DNA of 64,000 nt from Octopus sinensis (Eukaryota), in contig NW_021832383.1 of assembly GCF_006345805.1 (NCBI RefSeq), positions 124,001-188,000 on the forward strand, written 5' to 3'. Under the pieces are notes generated by a model. It was not told where the DNA came from. It ran no database searches and saw only the letters and a program-made list of their open reading frames with translations. Positions 1-13,280 of the stretch are shown here, one piece after another. Numbering within the stretch: position 1 is the first letter of the stretch; every line of letters starts with the position of its first letter. A program made the position numbers and the translations under genes.

Positions 1-54
1 CCATTAACATGTCTGTTAAAGAGGAATGATGCAATGAATGCGAGCGGCGCTTAC

Positions 55-202
55 CTTGTAAGTTGTAGTAATTAGGGTTCTGTGTCATTCGTCTGTAGAG
101 GAAAGTCCAGGTGAGGTAGTCCACAGCATCTTGTTTGTTTTCAATGGTTTTGGTTACAATTTCAGCATTGAAGTGGTCATGGAGGCAATGGTCAAGATGG
201 CT
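55..202 (-). CDS. SNRNP200: SNRNP200 exon 36 (last in window)
   Basis: [49 protein letters not shown]; donor GTAAGC. Confidence 0.96.
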
Positions 203-649
203 CTAGAAGAAGGAAGAAAGAAAGAAATCAGTCCGCTTTCAATGCTAGCATGGGTTGGATGGTTCAACTGGGGTCTGGGAAGCCAGAAGGCTGCACCAGG
301 CCCAGTCTGATCTGGCAATGTTTCTATGGCTGGATGCCCTTCCTAACGCCAACCACTCCATGAGTGTAGTGGGTGCTTTTCACGTGCCAGACGAGGCTGG
401 CAAACGGCCACGATCGGATGGTGCTTTTTACATGCCACCGGCACGGAGGAAAAAGATCATATCTGATTACAATAAACAATACGTCGAAGCTACATACTAA
501 AAACATAATACAATACACACTCACACACACACACTAACTATACTGACCACTTCAGCTCACATTTGTTGAAAAGTGGACAAATACCAAATCCTGTAAGGCT
601 CATGAACCACAAACACTGCCACACAACCAAAGTAGACCCACTTCACCAG

Positions 650-683
<34 letters not shown>

Positions 684-686
<3 letters not shown>

Positions 687-870
687 GGTGTCCCAGAAGT
701 CACGCACCACCCTGGTTTTTTAAAAGAATACACCCTTATTGAAATTAATCGTAACAAATGCTCAAATTGAGCACCCTCTACAATAAAACATGCAGAAAAA
801 ATATAAAATAAAATGCTTTAATTATTTTAAATGAAAACCCAGAATGGTGCATGACTTCTGGGACACTGTG
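684..870. mobile_element. Tc1/mariner-type MITE
   Basis: TA-CAGGGTGTCCCAGAAGTCA...TGACTTCTGGGACACTGTG-TA terminal inverted repeats. Confidence 0.8.
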
Positions 871-901
<31 letters not shown>

Positions 902-942
902 GCAGCCATTTCCAAGATCCCCAAACACACACACATACTTAC

Positions 943-1093
943 TTCAACAGGTAAAGGTTCGTAGAGAAATTTCTTGAAGAATTCTTTTTTAGAGCTCTGG
1001 CAGAGTATAACAGATTTCCCTTCCTGGTCTTGGAGTGGTCTGTTGGCACGGCTGAGCATCTGCAGCACATCTGTGATTGGATAATCTTCATAA
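943..1093 (-). CDS. SNRNP200: SNRNP200 exon 35
   Basis: [26 protein letters not shown]...FLYEPLPVE. Confidence 0.96.
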
Positions 1094-1402
1094 CTGCGAC
1101 AGAAAAGCACAAAAAAATGCGTAAAATAAAATGTCATGATGCAATCGCAAAATAATAATTATACACAATATCATATCCATAATCTGTTCAACAGGTTGTC
1201 TTTCAATTACTAAACAATCAGGTTGTAGAATTACCTTTCCAGGTTTAAACTATATATTTTCTGTGTGAGTTAGAGGTTGAGAAACCAACTAAGGGATAGT
1301 ACCTGTCCAATATACTGCTGGTAGTGTACCCAATTATTCATACCCAAATGCTAGCTATTGCATGGCAATCCTGCAGTTGAGTGGTTTACCCTTGATTTAT
1401 AC

Positions 1403-1861
1403 GGCAAATAAGAAAGTGGAGAGGATATGAAAATCGACAGACATCAGTCGGTAAGCATTCAAGTATGTCTATTTACTGATACACACACACATGTATTAGT
1501 GGTACCAATTCTCAAGTGGAAAGAGTTAGTAATTGGTAATTGCAAAAACAAGGCTATGGAAGCACATAGGAAGAAGTGATCAACTGAGCAGATGAACAAA
1601 TGAGTAAATGAGCATATTGTCTATAAAACCGAATGGGTGTGTAGGTGCTAGTTCCTATATCAATTGAGTAAATATGCTCATCTGCTTATATGCTTCCATA
1701 GCCTTGTTTTTGCAATTACCAATTACTCTTTCCACTTGATAATCTGTACCACTAATGCATGTGTGTGTATCAATCCGATACATTGGAATAAATAGATATA
1801 CTGGAATGTTTTACCAGCTGGTGTCTGTCGATTTCATATCCTCTCCACTCTATTATTTGCC
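1403..1861. repeat. Imperfect long inverted repeat (fold-back element)
   Basis: Arms about 1403-1568 and 1687-1861 are reverse complements (GGCAAATAAGAAAGTGGAGAGGATATGAAA.../...TTTCATATCCTCTCCACTCTATTATTTGCC). Confidence 0.85.
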
Positions 1862-1958
1862 CTATATATATATATATATATCAAGATATAACAGATCGCC
1901 ATGTTGATTCGCTAGCTTCTGCACGCATTTTTTTCTCTCCTTGTTTCTTTTCTGTGTA

Positions 1959-1996
1959 TCTTTCTGTCGTAGAGCGTAGGCTCGAAACGTAAAAGA
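1959..1996 (+). ncRNA. Hammerhead-like motif, family A copy 1 (element about 1894-2092)
   Basis: UCUUU-CUGUCGU-A-GAGC(GUAG)GCUC-GAAA-CG-UA-AAAGA; degenerate core. Confidence 0.5.
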
Positions 1997-3434
1997 CTTG
2001 TTTTATTTATATTCCTGAGCGCCATACTAATACAATTGTTTGTTTGTACTCCACCTGCCTTCGTCTTTTGTTTATTGTCATAAAGCTTCCCGTTATATAT
2101 ATATCAACCAAAAAGAAAGATATACATATTTAAAATCAACTACTATGATAACTGTGTGTGTGTGTGTTTGTGTTGCTTGCATGCATGCATGCATGAATGT
2201 CTGTACAAACACACTTGCATAATCCCTGGTACTGCCCAGGCTAAATAGTAGTTTTAACCCTTTAGTATTTAAACCGGCCATATCCGGCCAAAATAGCTAA
2301 TCTGTTTTATGTTCAAACTGACCAGATCCAGGCTCTCACACCTACCCTACAATGTTATTCTACATTAAGTAATTACACCATCAAGATCTTGAAGATATGA
2401 GATAATGCATGATTAATTCAAATCAATGGGAATCAATAGGCATTATGTTTGATAGAATAATCTGAACACTAAAGGGTTAAATGGTCCAGAATTGTTCTTA
2501 ATGAAGACTAAGAAGTTCAATTAATAATCAAGAGATTTGGGTTCAGTGCCACTGTGTGAGACTTTTAGACAAGTGTCTTCAAGGGAATGCTATTCTTCTG
2601 GGCCAACACTCAACAGTTTCCAAGCAACAAATGACATTGCTTTAAAATGATCTTTTGTGAATTAAAGCTTTTCTTCAATATTTCATGTTTTCCCAAATAT
2701 CAACTTAATGACAATAGTTTTAACTAGCTTTTTCATTATTTAAAAAAAACAAATCTTAGTGGTCTGTTTGACAGAGAATATAGGCAAGTAGATACAGGTA
2801 CCGTTTTACCCTCCTACCCATTTACCTGGCGGGACATTAAAGATGTGAGAACTGGAGAAGAGAGAGAGAGGGGGGACAGTGACATTCATTTACAGCTATC
2901 AACCAATGTCAAGACATGTAGATACTAACACAGACACATGCAAAGTATACAACAGGCTTCTTTCAGTTTCCATCTACCAAATTCTCTTACAGGGCTTTGG
3001 CCAGCTGTTTTGTTTGTTCCTTCTCGAGCCATGCCTGGCTCATAAGGGCCGGTTTCCTGGTTTCTTGGCGTATAGGTTCCCCACCTGGACGGGACGCCGG
3101 TCCATCGCAGGTGAGCTGCAAGATGCAGGAGGAAAGAGTGAGAGAAAGTTGTGGCGAAAGAGTCAGCAGAAGTTTCGCCATTACCTTCTGCCGGAGTCAC
3201 GTGGAGCTTAGGTGTTTCGCTCATAAACACACACATCGTCCGGTCTGAGATTCGAACCCGCGATCTCTTGACCACGAATCCGCTGCTCTAACCACTAGGC
3301 CATGTGCCGCCACCTTTGGCCAGCTTAGGAGACACTCGCCCCAAAAGCCATGCAGGTGGGACTGAACCCCAAACCCAAGCATTTTAACCACACAACCAGG
3401 TCTCACGTATATATAATTTGAAACGATTACTTAC

Positions 3435-3637
3435 GAGTGTGCTTTGCCATCGTAGTACTGTGTGTCCATCACGATGACCAGATGAGACGTCATGGTCATC
3501 CCCCAGGCAAGATTGCGGGAAGCTACCACCAGTTGTATTGCTCCACTCATGAAAAGCTGCTCAATCACTTTGCGTTCGGTATCATTGAGTCCTTCATGTA
3601 GATACGCTACACCATTGCTCAGAGTCTCCCTTAAAGT
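3435..3637 (-). CDS. SNRNP200: SNRNP200 exon 34
   Basis: [17 protein letters not shown]...[15 protein letters not shown]. Confidence 0.96.
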
Positions 3638-3669
3638 CTGTCACATATATAAAATATACATACATTAAA

Positions 3670-3704
<35 letters not shown>

Positions 3705-4348
3705 TATACGTTTAAATATTTGTTGTGCAAATATATATCTATATATATATATATATATAAAAATACAAAATGGGACAAGAACGCAAAACATTCAAATAGA
3801 CGATACAAAAAACACGGACGGGTCATTCGAAGCCTCTAATCTTCAATCAAGAACCGGATCATACTCGCAATTTCGGCTGGTTAATCTTGAGATTGCTCCG
3901 ATCTGGCCAGCCCCAAGGAAAAACTAAGCTATGAGCATTAGATTTTTTGGAAAAAGGATCGAATGTATACGAAACAAGGACAGAAAACGGATGATGTTAC
4001 ACGAATATAAATACAAAAAACAATAATAATAATAATGATAACAGGACATAACAACAGGCGTCTTTCGACTTAGACGAATTGAACTCAGCTGGCGTATTTG
4101 AAAAATAATGCCTTACGGCAGATGAAGAAAGCGATGTTATCGTGGCACTGGTCCAAAGTGAAAAGGCTATAGTTGGCCAGCGGTCATGCGAGAAGAGAAG
4201 AGAGAGAAAAAGAGGAACAAACATATTAGGGAGGGCGAGAAGACAGAGAAAAAGAGGAATATATATATATATATATGTATATATACACAGATGAAAAATA
4301 ATATCCAAATTTTACACATATAATGTGTATAATAGATAATTCATTATA

Positions 4349-4585
4349 CAGCCTGTCCCAAAAAGATGTACTCACTCTTTGACTTCCCAGTACTCATGCA
4401 TTTTGTGTTCAAGTAGATGTTTATTGATATACATACAATCCCAAAAAGTTAAATTAAATTCAGGAAAATAAATTGTTGTAGAAACGATTATTTATTGTCA
4501 TTTAGAATAATTTAATGTTCTTTCTCATTCCTGCGAATTAGTAATTGTTTGTCAAAGAGTGAGTAGATCTTTTTGGGGCACCCTG
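4349..4585. mobile_element. Tc1/mariner-type MITE
   Basis: TA-CAGCCTGTCCCAAAAAGATGTACTCACTCTTTGAC...GTCAAAGAGTGAGTAGATCTTTTTGGGGCACCCTG-TA, about 35-bp TIRs. Confidence 0.8.
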
Positions 4586-5270
4586 TAGATACAATGACTC
4601 CAAAGTTAAGGTGCTGGACTTTCCAGTTATAAGTTCATGAAAAAAAAAAAAAAACTCTGAAAGTTTTCTTTATTCAGGGATGAAGTAATTTGGGTTAGGA
4701 AGGGCAAGTGACTGCAAAAACAGGTGCTTTTAAAATATGTAAAAAAAAAAACCCATTTCACCCAAACAAACATAGAGAAGGAACGAATATAAATGGACAT
4801 TGTTGGACAGTTTGGCAAGGGCTGGTACGCTTGATGGGTGCACCAGACTCCAGTCTGATTTCACATGGTTTTTCTACGGCTGGCTGCCCTTCCTAATACC
4901 AACCACTCTGAGAGTGTAATGGGTGCTTTTATGTGACACCAGTATCTGCCATGACTGCAGTTTTGCTTGGTCTGAAGGGTCTTCTTATCAAACATGACAT
5001 AATGCCAAAGATCTCGGTCATTCCCTCCGTGAGGCCCAACACTCAAAAGATGCACTTTGCGTGACACCAGCATCAACCACGACTACAATTTTACTTGGCT
5101 TGGCGGGTCTTCTCAAGCACAGCTAATCACCAAAGACCTCAGTCACTAGTCATTGCCTCTGTGAGGCTCAAAGTTCAAAGACCATGCTTCACCACTTCGT
5201 CCCATGTCTTCCTGGGTCTACCTCTACCACAGGTTCCACAGTTAGAGAGCGGCACTTCTTTACATATCCA

Positions 5271-5668
5271 CAGGAGTGGCTGTGTGGTAAGTAGCTTGTT
5301 TACCAACCACATGGCTCCGGGTTCAGTCCCACTGCATGGCACCTTGGGCAAGTGTCTTCTACTATAGCCTCGGGCCGACCAAAGCCTTGTGAGTGGATTT
5401 GGTAGACGGAAACTGAAAGAAGCCCGTCGTATATATGTATATATATGTATGTGCGTGTATGTTTGTGTGACTGTGTTTGTCCCCCTAGCATTGCTTGACA
5501 ACCGATGCTGGTGTGCTTATGTCCCCGTCACTTAGCGGTTCGGCAAAAGAGACAGATAGAATAAGTACTGGGCTTACAAAGAATAAGTACCGGGGTCTAG
5601 TTGCTCGATTAAAGGCGGTGCTCCAGCATGGCCACAGTCAAATGACTGAAACAAGTAAAAGAGAGAGA
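5271..5668 (+). mobile_element. tRNA-derived SINE (CORE-like CCTTGGGCAAGT segment, internal microsatellite)
   Basis: Head GTGGCTGTGTGGTAAG...GGTTCAGTCCC. Further copies at about 9950-10340(-), 30980-31325(-), 37830-38240(-), 46765-47050, 49260-49650, 60020-60345(-), 61230-61570(-), 62470-63105. Confidence 0.85.
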
Positions 5669-5750
5669 ATGTCTTCCTGGGTCTACCTCTACCACAAGTC
5701 CCACAGTTGGAGAGCGGCACTTCTTTACATATCCACAAACCTATACATAC

Positions 5751-5987
5751 CTTATCATTGATCTTGCTAACAAAGGGATCCAGATCGGTTTGTGGCACGT
5801 GCAAGAAATGATTGGGCTGTAGGTCAGCGGCACAAAAGGTCAGAATGTCGATGGCAGTGAGACGAGTTTGTTTGCGAGATGGAACAAACACCAGGACAGG
5901 TTTCTTGGTGGAATGACGCAGGATGGCTTGGTAGGTAGGCTTGGACATGGCAACGATGCGGGATGCGTTGTGGCTGATATTAAAACC
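5751..5987 (-). CDS. SNRNP200: SNRNP200 exon 33
   Basis: [19 protein letters not shown]...[18 protein letters not shown]...KINDK. Confidence 0.96.
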
Positions 5988-6293
5988 CTACGGTGATAAA
6001 AATAAAAACAAAGAAAATTATTAAGTAAAAATAAAAATAAATTACAAAAACAATTAGGAAAAAAAACCTCTAAAATTTAAGAATAAAATGAAAAAATTTA
6101 GGAAACAAAAAGGTGAGAAAAAGCAAAAGGAAAATGAAAGATGAGAGTAGGGAAACGATGTCAAAGAAAAAGAGGTGAGATGGAAAAAGACGAAAGTTGA
6201 AGGCAACAGAGGAAGAAAAAAATAAAGGAAAGATGATAAAGATATAAAGAATTCATCAGAAGGATTGTTTGATTGTTTAGATTCAAAGATTAC

Positions 6294-6485
6294 CTGTATA
6301 TGCAATTCCAGAGGAACTGGCCGAACATTTGGATGGAAGTTGAAAAAGCCTCCCGTACTGCAGCCGAGCCATTGTGCGATGTCCTTAGCGTTGGACAACG
6401 ATGAGCTCAAAGCCACAATTCGAATATTCCGGTTTAGTTGAGAGGAAATGTATCTCATTCGAGAGCAGATCACTTCTAAAACTGG
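6294..6485 (-). CDS. SNRNP200: SNRNP200 exon 32
   Basis: [16 protein letters not shown]...ALSSSLSNA...PVPLELHIQ. Confidence 0.96.
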
Positions 6486-7927
6486 CTGTAAATAGAAAGA
6501 GAGAGAAAATGAGAGACGGTGTATAAGGGGGGGGAGGCAGTGGAGTAGAAGACAAGAGAAAACAGTCTCAAGTTTCACCCTTTACCATTTCATTTTCAAA
6601 TTCTTCAGAGGGTAACTTTGGTATTTCTTTATATTAAGGTTGGTCAAGGTTGTCAGCTGGCAGAACCATTAGAGCATCAGACAAAATGTCTAGCAATGTT
6701 TGTTCAGGGTCTTTAGGTCCTGAGTTCAAATTCCACGGAAGTTAGGAGCTGATAATTCAACTTACTCCTTCCCCTAAAAGTTTCTGCCCTTGTGCCAAAA
6801 TTATAAAGAATTATTAAGAATTTTTACTATCATTACCATTACCATTATTATTATTATTATTATTAATAAAGTGGTGAGTTGGCAGAATGGTTAGCACACC
6901 AGGCGAAATGCTTAGTGGTGTTTCATCCATTTTCATGTTCCAAGTTCAAATTCTGCTGAGGTCAACTTTACCTTTCATCCTTTCGGGGTCGATAAATAAA
7001 GTACCAGCAAAACCCTGGGGTCTATGTAATTGACTTATCCCTCCCGCCACCTTTCCAAATTTCAGGCCTTCTGCCTATAGTAGAAAGGATTATCATTATT
7101 ATCATTAATGGTGAGGGCACATGGCTTAGTGGTTAGGGTGTTGCACTCATGATCTGGTGATTGTGATTTCAATTCCTAGTCTGGGTGGTGTCTTGTGTTC
7201 TCCAGCGAAACACTTCATCACATACACAGTGCACCTGTTCAGACAACATTGATTGGATCACTCTAAACAATTAATTTGTGTAGGTCGTTCGTTAAAAGCT
7301 GAACACTCATACATCATATTCGACAGGAGAGTCCATCGTTATTATTAACGAAGCAACCTAACAGAATCATTACTGCAATGGACAAAGTGCTTGGTGGCAT
7401 TTCTTTTGGTTCTTGGTGTTCCAAGTTCAAATGCTGTCCACATTCATTATGATTTTCAGGTTTTGAGAGTCGATAAAATAAGCATGTGTGAAATACTTGG
7501 TGTTGATATAATCAACTTGTCCCTTCCCTCAATGGTTGGCAGGGGCCATGTGCTCCAACAACTCGTCCCTGCATCTACCATTTATTGGTGATTCCTTCCT
7601 CCTGGCAGATGATGTCTCTGCACCACTCAGGCGACGATCCTACAACCCATGAGGCTGTCTGGTAGTCATGGCCTTTGAGGGTTTTACAAAGTCAGAGTGT
7701 GATGTGAAATGAAGTGCTTTGCTCAAGAACACAACACACTGCCCAGCCAGGGAATCGAACCCACAATCTGACAATCGTAAGTGCAACATGCTAGCCACAA
7801 GGCCATGGGCCTTCCACACACATTTTTTATCAATGTTTTGTGTCAACTCAGGTGTTCAAAGAGACACAAGACATTGATAAAGGTGAGTCAGAAAGAGAGT
7901 GTTAAAAGATCAATAGGATGTACTCAC

Positions 7928-8056
7928 GCCAACATCACCTCCGATCAAATGAAGCTCATCAATAATAAATAGATTGACACTCTGTACATTCTTCCTCTGT
8001 TTCCAACGCCGTGAAAGCACATCCCACTTCTCAGGTGTGCTGATTATTATGTTACC
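7928..8056 (-). CDS. SNRNP200: SNRNP200 exon 31 (DELH)
   Basis: [43 protein letters not shown]. Confidence 0.96.
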
Positions 8057-8690
8057 CTAAAATTCAAAGAACAAAAACAAAAAACTTTTGTTATAAAAAA
8101 ACCCCAAAAGTATTTAATTTCATATAAATAAATTTTTTTAAAAATCTACATCATCATCATCGTTTAGCGTCCGTTTTCCATGCTAGCATGGGTTGGACGG
8201 TTCAACTGGGGTCTGGGAAGCCAGAAGGCTGAACCAGGCCCAGTCTGATCTGGCAATGTTTCTAGGGCTGGATGCCCTTCCTAACGCCAACCACTCCGTG
8301 AGTGTAGTGGGTGCTTTTTACGTGCCACCGGCACATTTGAATGAATAACTGTTTTATAGATAATTCATAATTTCTTTGGACCAGGGCAAACCAAATGTCA
8401 ACATACACATTGGTACCATCTTAGCATATGTTGGATGAATGTCATTAATGCCAGTAGCTGCAGTGGCGGCAATCATCATCATCATCAGTCACTTTACATC
8501 CACTTTCCATGCTGGCATGGATCGGAAGGGTCATCATAGTCATTTCTTTATTGGGAGTCCTTGTTTTTATAGAGTGGTGGTAGTATGTAACATTTAGCTT
8601 GGTTTCTACTCCTGGATGCCTGTCCTCTCACCAGCTGCTCCACAGAGTGCAGTCAGTGCTATTTGATGATGGTACCAATACTAGAGAGGT

Positions 8691-8923
8691 AAGGCGGCGA
8701 ACTGGCAGAATCGTTAGCACGCCGGGCGAAATGTGTAGCCGTATTTCGTCTGCCGTTACGTTCTGAGTTCAAATTCTGCCGAGGTCGACTTTGCCTTTCA
8801 TCCTTTCGGGGTCGATAAATTAAGTACCAGTTACGCACTGGGGTCGATGTAATCGACTTAATACCTATGTCTGTCCTTGTTTGTCCCCTCTATGTTTAGC
8901 CCCTTGTGGGTAATAAAGAAATA
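8691..8923 (+). mobile_element. tRNA-derived SINE with Nin/Deu-like domain and a 20-bp TSD
   Basis: GCCTTTCATCCTTTCGGGGTCGATAAATTAAGTACCAG; TSD GGTACCAATACTAGAGAGGT at 8671-8690 and 8924-8943. Other copies at about 6870, 10613-10835(-), 19905-20100(-), 24650, 29570-29790, 61630-61800(-), 63715-64000. Confidence 0.87.
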
Positions 8924-9015
8924 GGTACCAATACTAGAGAGGTTGATAAGATGGACTAATTTGCAAGTGACTTCACAAATGACTAATTGTATAAATTAAT
9001 AAGCAAGATACTAAC

Positions 9016-9114
9016 TTTAGCAAGTAGTTTGAGATCTGTGGCAGTTTCACCTGTCAGCAACACGACTCTTTTGCCCATCTGGAGACAGAACTTGTTGTAC
9101 CAATCGGTGTAGGT
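9016..9114 (-). CDS. SNRNP200: SNRNP200 exon 30
   Basis: [33 protein letters not shown]. Confidence 0.95.
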
Positions 9115-11447
9115 CTGCAAAAGAGAATAGTTCAATAAATAAATAAATATGAAAATAATGAGATTGTCTGTCAGGCAGATGAAAATAAAGAATTTGGTAT
9201 CTATTGCAACATCATCATCATCGTTTAATGTCCGTTCTCCATGGGTTGGACGGTTCGACCGGGGATCTGGGAAGCAAGAAGGCTGCACCAGGCTCCAGTC
9301 TGATCTGGCAATGTTTCTACAGCTGAATGCCCTTCCTAACGCCAACCACTCCGTGAGTGTAGTGGGTGCATTTTACGTGCCACCTGCACAGGTGCCAGGC
9401 GAGGCTGGCAACGGCCAGTCGGATTGGTGCATTTTACGTGCCACCGGCACGGAAGCCAATCGAGGCGGCGCTGGCATCGGCCACGATTCGGAGAGTGCTT
9501 TTTACGTACCACCAGTCCAGGTGTCCTGGCATCTACCGGGTGCCAGTCATAGGATTGGTTCAATTTCGATTTCACTTGCCCCAACAGGTCTTCGCAAGCA
9601 AAGGGGGGGTTGGCATGGGTGCCTGTCGTCGGATGAGGTTCGATATCGACTTCGCTTGCCTCAACAGGTCTTTGTGTGTCCAAGGGAGGAAGGGCATGCA
9701 TAAGTGGGCTGGACTCACTTGTCCTGCCTGGTCTTCTCATGCAATAATAACGCAACAATAACAAAATCTTCTCATCATGTGTGAGTGTGTGTGAATATTC
9801 TTCTACCTTGTCTCTAGTGCTAATGTGGTGGACATTATGACTAACTGCTCTGAAAAAACAGGCAAGGGTTGGTGACAGAGAGAGTATCCAGCAGTAAATT
9901 CCTGCCTCAAAATTACTCTTCATCCACATCCAGGCTAGCAAGGGATATCTTTATCTTTTATCTTTTACTTGTTTCAGTCATTAGACTGTGGCCATGCTGG
10001 GGCACCACCTCGAACAATTTTTAGTCAAATGTATTGATCCCCAGCACTTACTTTTGAAAGCCTGGTACTCACTCTATTGGGATCTTTTGTTGAACTGCTA
10101 AGTTATGGGGGACATAAACACATCAGCAGTGGTGGGGGACAAACATAGACACAAACACACACACACACACACATGTACAACAGGCTTCTTTCAGTTTCCC
10201 TCTACCAGATCCACTCACAAGGCTTTGGTCAGCCTGAGGCTAGATTAGGAGACACTTGTCCAAGGCGACATGCAGTAAAACTGAACCCTGAACCATGAGG
10301 TTCAGAAGCTAAGTTCTTACCACACAACCACATCGGCGCCTATTGATGTTAACGAACAAACAACATTGAGACTGATCTTAATAGCATCTGACATTGAAAT
10401 GCATTACATTAAGACTGATCTTAACTGTTTTGTTACCATATTTTTTTTATTTAAAGACACTGCTTTCATTTCAATTAATTTAGAAAATGAAGAATTTAGG
10501 AAAATATCACTCATTTTAAAGCTGGTGTTTGGAACAGGAAAGTTTTAAATTTATATGATTTTAGAATGAGGGATGGATTGGTATCAAAAGGGTTAAAAGT
10601 AGAGCTAATATTTATTTCTTTACTACCCAGAAGGGGCTAAACACAGAGAGGACAAACAAACGAATTAAGTCGATTATATCGACCCCAGTGCGTAACTGGT
10701 ACTTATTTAATCGACCCCGAAAGGATGAAAGGCAAAGTCGACCTCGGCGGAATTTGAACTCAGAGCGTAGCGGCAGACGAAATACCACTAAGCATTTCGC
10801 CCCGCGTGCTAACGTTTCTGCCAGCTCGCCGCCTTTTTATTAGTAGAGCTAATATTAATTAGTCCCCTCACCCAAAAGACATATTCAGGACAAACTTTGC
10901 AGTGGATATTAATAACGACAGCCACTGCCACCACTATTCAAACATCCATTTTACATGCTGGTATGGGTTAGAACAGTGTTTCCCCACCCTCTGGCGCCAC
11001 TTTAACTTTCAAGGGAAAGTGTATGCCCCAATGGAAGTTGGGGAGAAACAACTTCCTTTTTAATATTCTATCACATTTATTTAACAGAAAAGAATCTACC
11101 TGTAACTCTTGTATTAAGAACTGAATAAAAAAAAAAAAAAAAGCATTATTGATGAAGAAAATAAAAGTGAAACCATTCTAACGAGAACCTAGTGCCTGGT
11201 GACAATGGCATCATGGCCCTCAATTTTTTCAGGCTCCATCGGTGAGGCATATGCCCCATGTTTTGAATCACAAGGCTAGACAATTTGACAAGCCAGGGAG
11301 CTGCACTAGGATTCATTTGTCTGCTTTGCCATGGTTTCTATGGCTGGATGCCCTTCCTAAATGCCAACCACTTTACAGAGTGGACCAGGTGCTCTTTTTC
11401 ATGGCACCAGCATTGGAACAAATATGAAATCTTAAAGTATAACAAAC

Positions 11448-11608
11448 CTGTTGGGCAAGAGTTTCCAAACATGTCACATAAACACATCTGCCATCGGGGT
11501 TCTGGGACAACATTCGTAGAACTGCAAATTCTCCACAAATAGTTTTTCCACTTCCTGATGGTGCTCCGACAAAAACATTGTCGTCACTGTTGTAGATGGC
11601 ATTAAAAA
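11448..11608 (-). CDS. SNRNP200: SNRNP200 exon 29 (C-cassette Walker A)
   Basis: [32 protein letters not shown]...LAQQ. Confidence 0.95.
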
Positions 11609-13280
11609 CTAATTGTTTCGGTGAAAGACAAAGAAAAAAAATAAGAAAAATACTTAGAGAATTACAACAGAACATTTAAAAATTTTCAATTTTTTCAATC
11701 TTCCACCTCTGTTTTTCATGCAAATGCGCTTTAGAATCTTAGTTATAGGACCCTCCTGCTTCCATTAGGGCATCAGGCAAAAAAAAAATTCTCTTCCCAG
11801 TATGGGAGTCATCTCCCAAAGTTGAGATCCTTGCAGGTCCCCGCCTAAATAATCCACATCAGGTTAGACTGAGATTCCCTACTTCTGGTGGATGATACCA
11901 GTTGCACCACTTAGGCAACAACCCTCCAACCCTACCTGCCCAAGGTTTTCCCCGTTCAGTGGATGGAGGTCCTGACTGCTTTGCCCTAGTCACTTCATGT
12001 GAATGTAGTGCCTTACAGGCAGCTGCAGGGATTCCCTGCAGGAGAAAACTTGATGGGTCTGATTGGGTAGTCATTGCTGGTGAGGGTTCTATGTGGTCGG
12101 AGTGCAAATCTTACCTCAACCTCTTTTAGTCAACTTTTTATGACACAGAAAGAACGATGGGTCTATTCCTTGGCATGTGGGTCCCCATGCAGCTGTTTGG
12201 TCATGTTGTTTGATTTTCTGAGTTGGATCCTGCATATCGTGTTCCAAGGACCCAGCTAAGGCAACAGCTTGTGCTGGGTTATGACAGATGAAGAATCTTG
12301 CAAAGAAGGGAATTGACTGGGACACTGCTTGGAGGGTTACCCAAGATGACTTGACTAAATAGCAACAAACAGTGCTTGCAGCAACATGCAATAATGGCAC
12401 ATGTCTCCATACCAGACCTGACCTGACCTAGTATGGTCACAAGACATATCACAAACCACAAAAGATAAGAGATAGGACGAAGATGAGGGTGAAAAATATA
12501 TATGAATGGAGATTCATAACTATACAAGTAATATTTCTCCGGATATGAAATCAGAATATTCTGTAATTTGGTGGAATCAGTTAAAAAAAAACAATTGTGA
12601 ATCAGTTTCGAAAATATGAGTTCGTTAATGATAAAATAACAGACAAGACAACTGGGGACATAAAAAAGGGCTGTTGAGGGAAATACAGATTATAGGATTC
12701 AAATCACTTTATGGTGAAGTTTGCACATCTAATAAACATAATCAGTGGATCATCCATTTGATTGAGGCAGACCAATTCAGTGACGTTGGAGAAAATTTAT
12801 CTAAAAACTATTTCACTCAGTTGAAGAGGGTTCAAGACTATATCTATCACTATAGAACATTTGGGCCTTTTAATGACAACAACAGAACTCAAAATCTCTT
12901 TTGGCCATAATACCATGAACCAGTGAAACAATAACTGTAGTGTTGTGACTGCTTTTATTGTGGTAAACCTCTACTATTTCATCATCATCATCATCATCAT
13001 CGTTTAACGTCCGTTTTCCGTGCTAGCACGGGTTGGATGTTCCGACCGGGGTCTGGGAAGCCAGAAGGCTGCACCAGGCTCCAGTCTGATCTGGCAGTGT
13101 TACTACAGCTGGATGCCCTTCCTAACACCAACCACTCCGTGAGTGTAGTGGGTGCTTTTTACATGCACCGGCACAGGTGCCAGGGGAGTTTGGCAGCGGT
13201 CACGATTGGTTGGTGCTTTTTACGTGCCACCAGCACAGAAGCCAGTCAAGGTGGTGCTGGCATCGGCTCAAGGCAGCGCT

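Noticed and set aside
11720-12430. GC-richer intronic block as an extra exon or nested gene
   Set aside because: Exons 28 and 29 join in phase with no missing residues, and there is no recognisable protein. Probably a decayed retroelement that I cannot classify.
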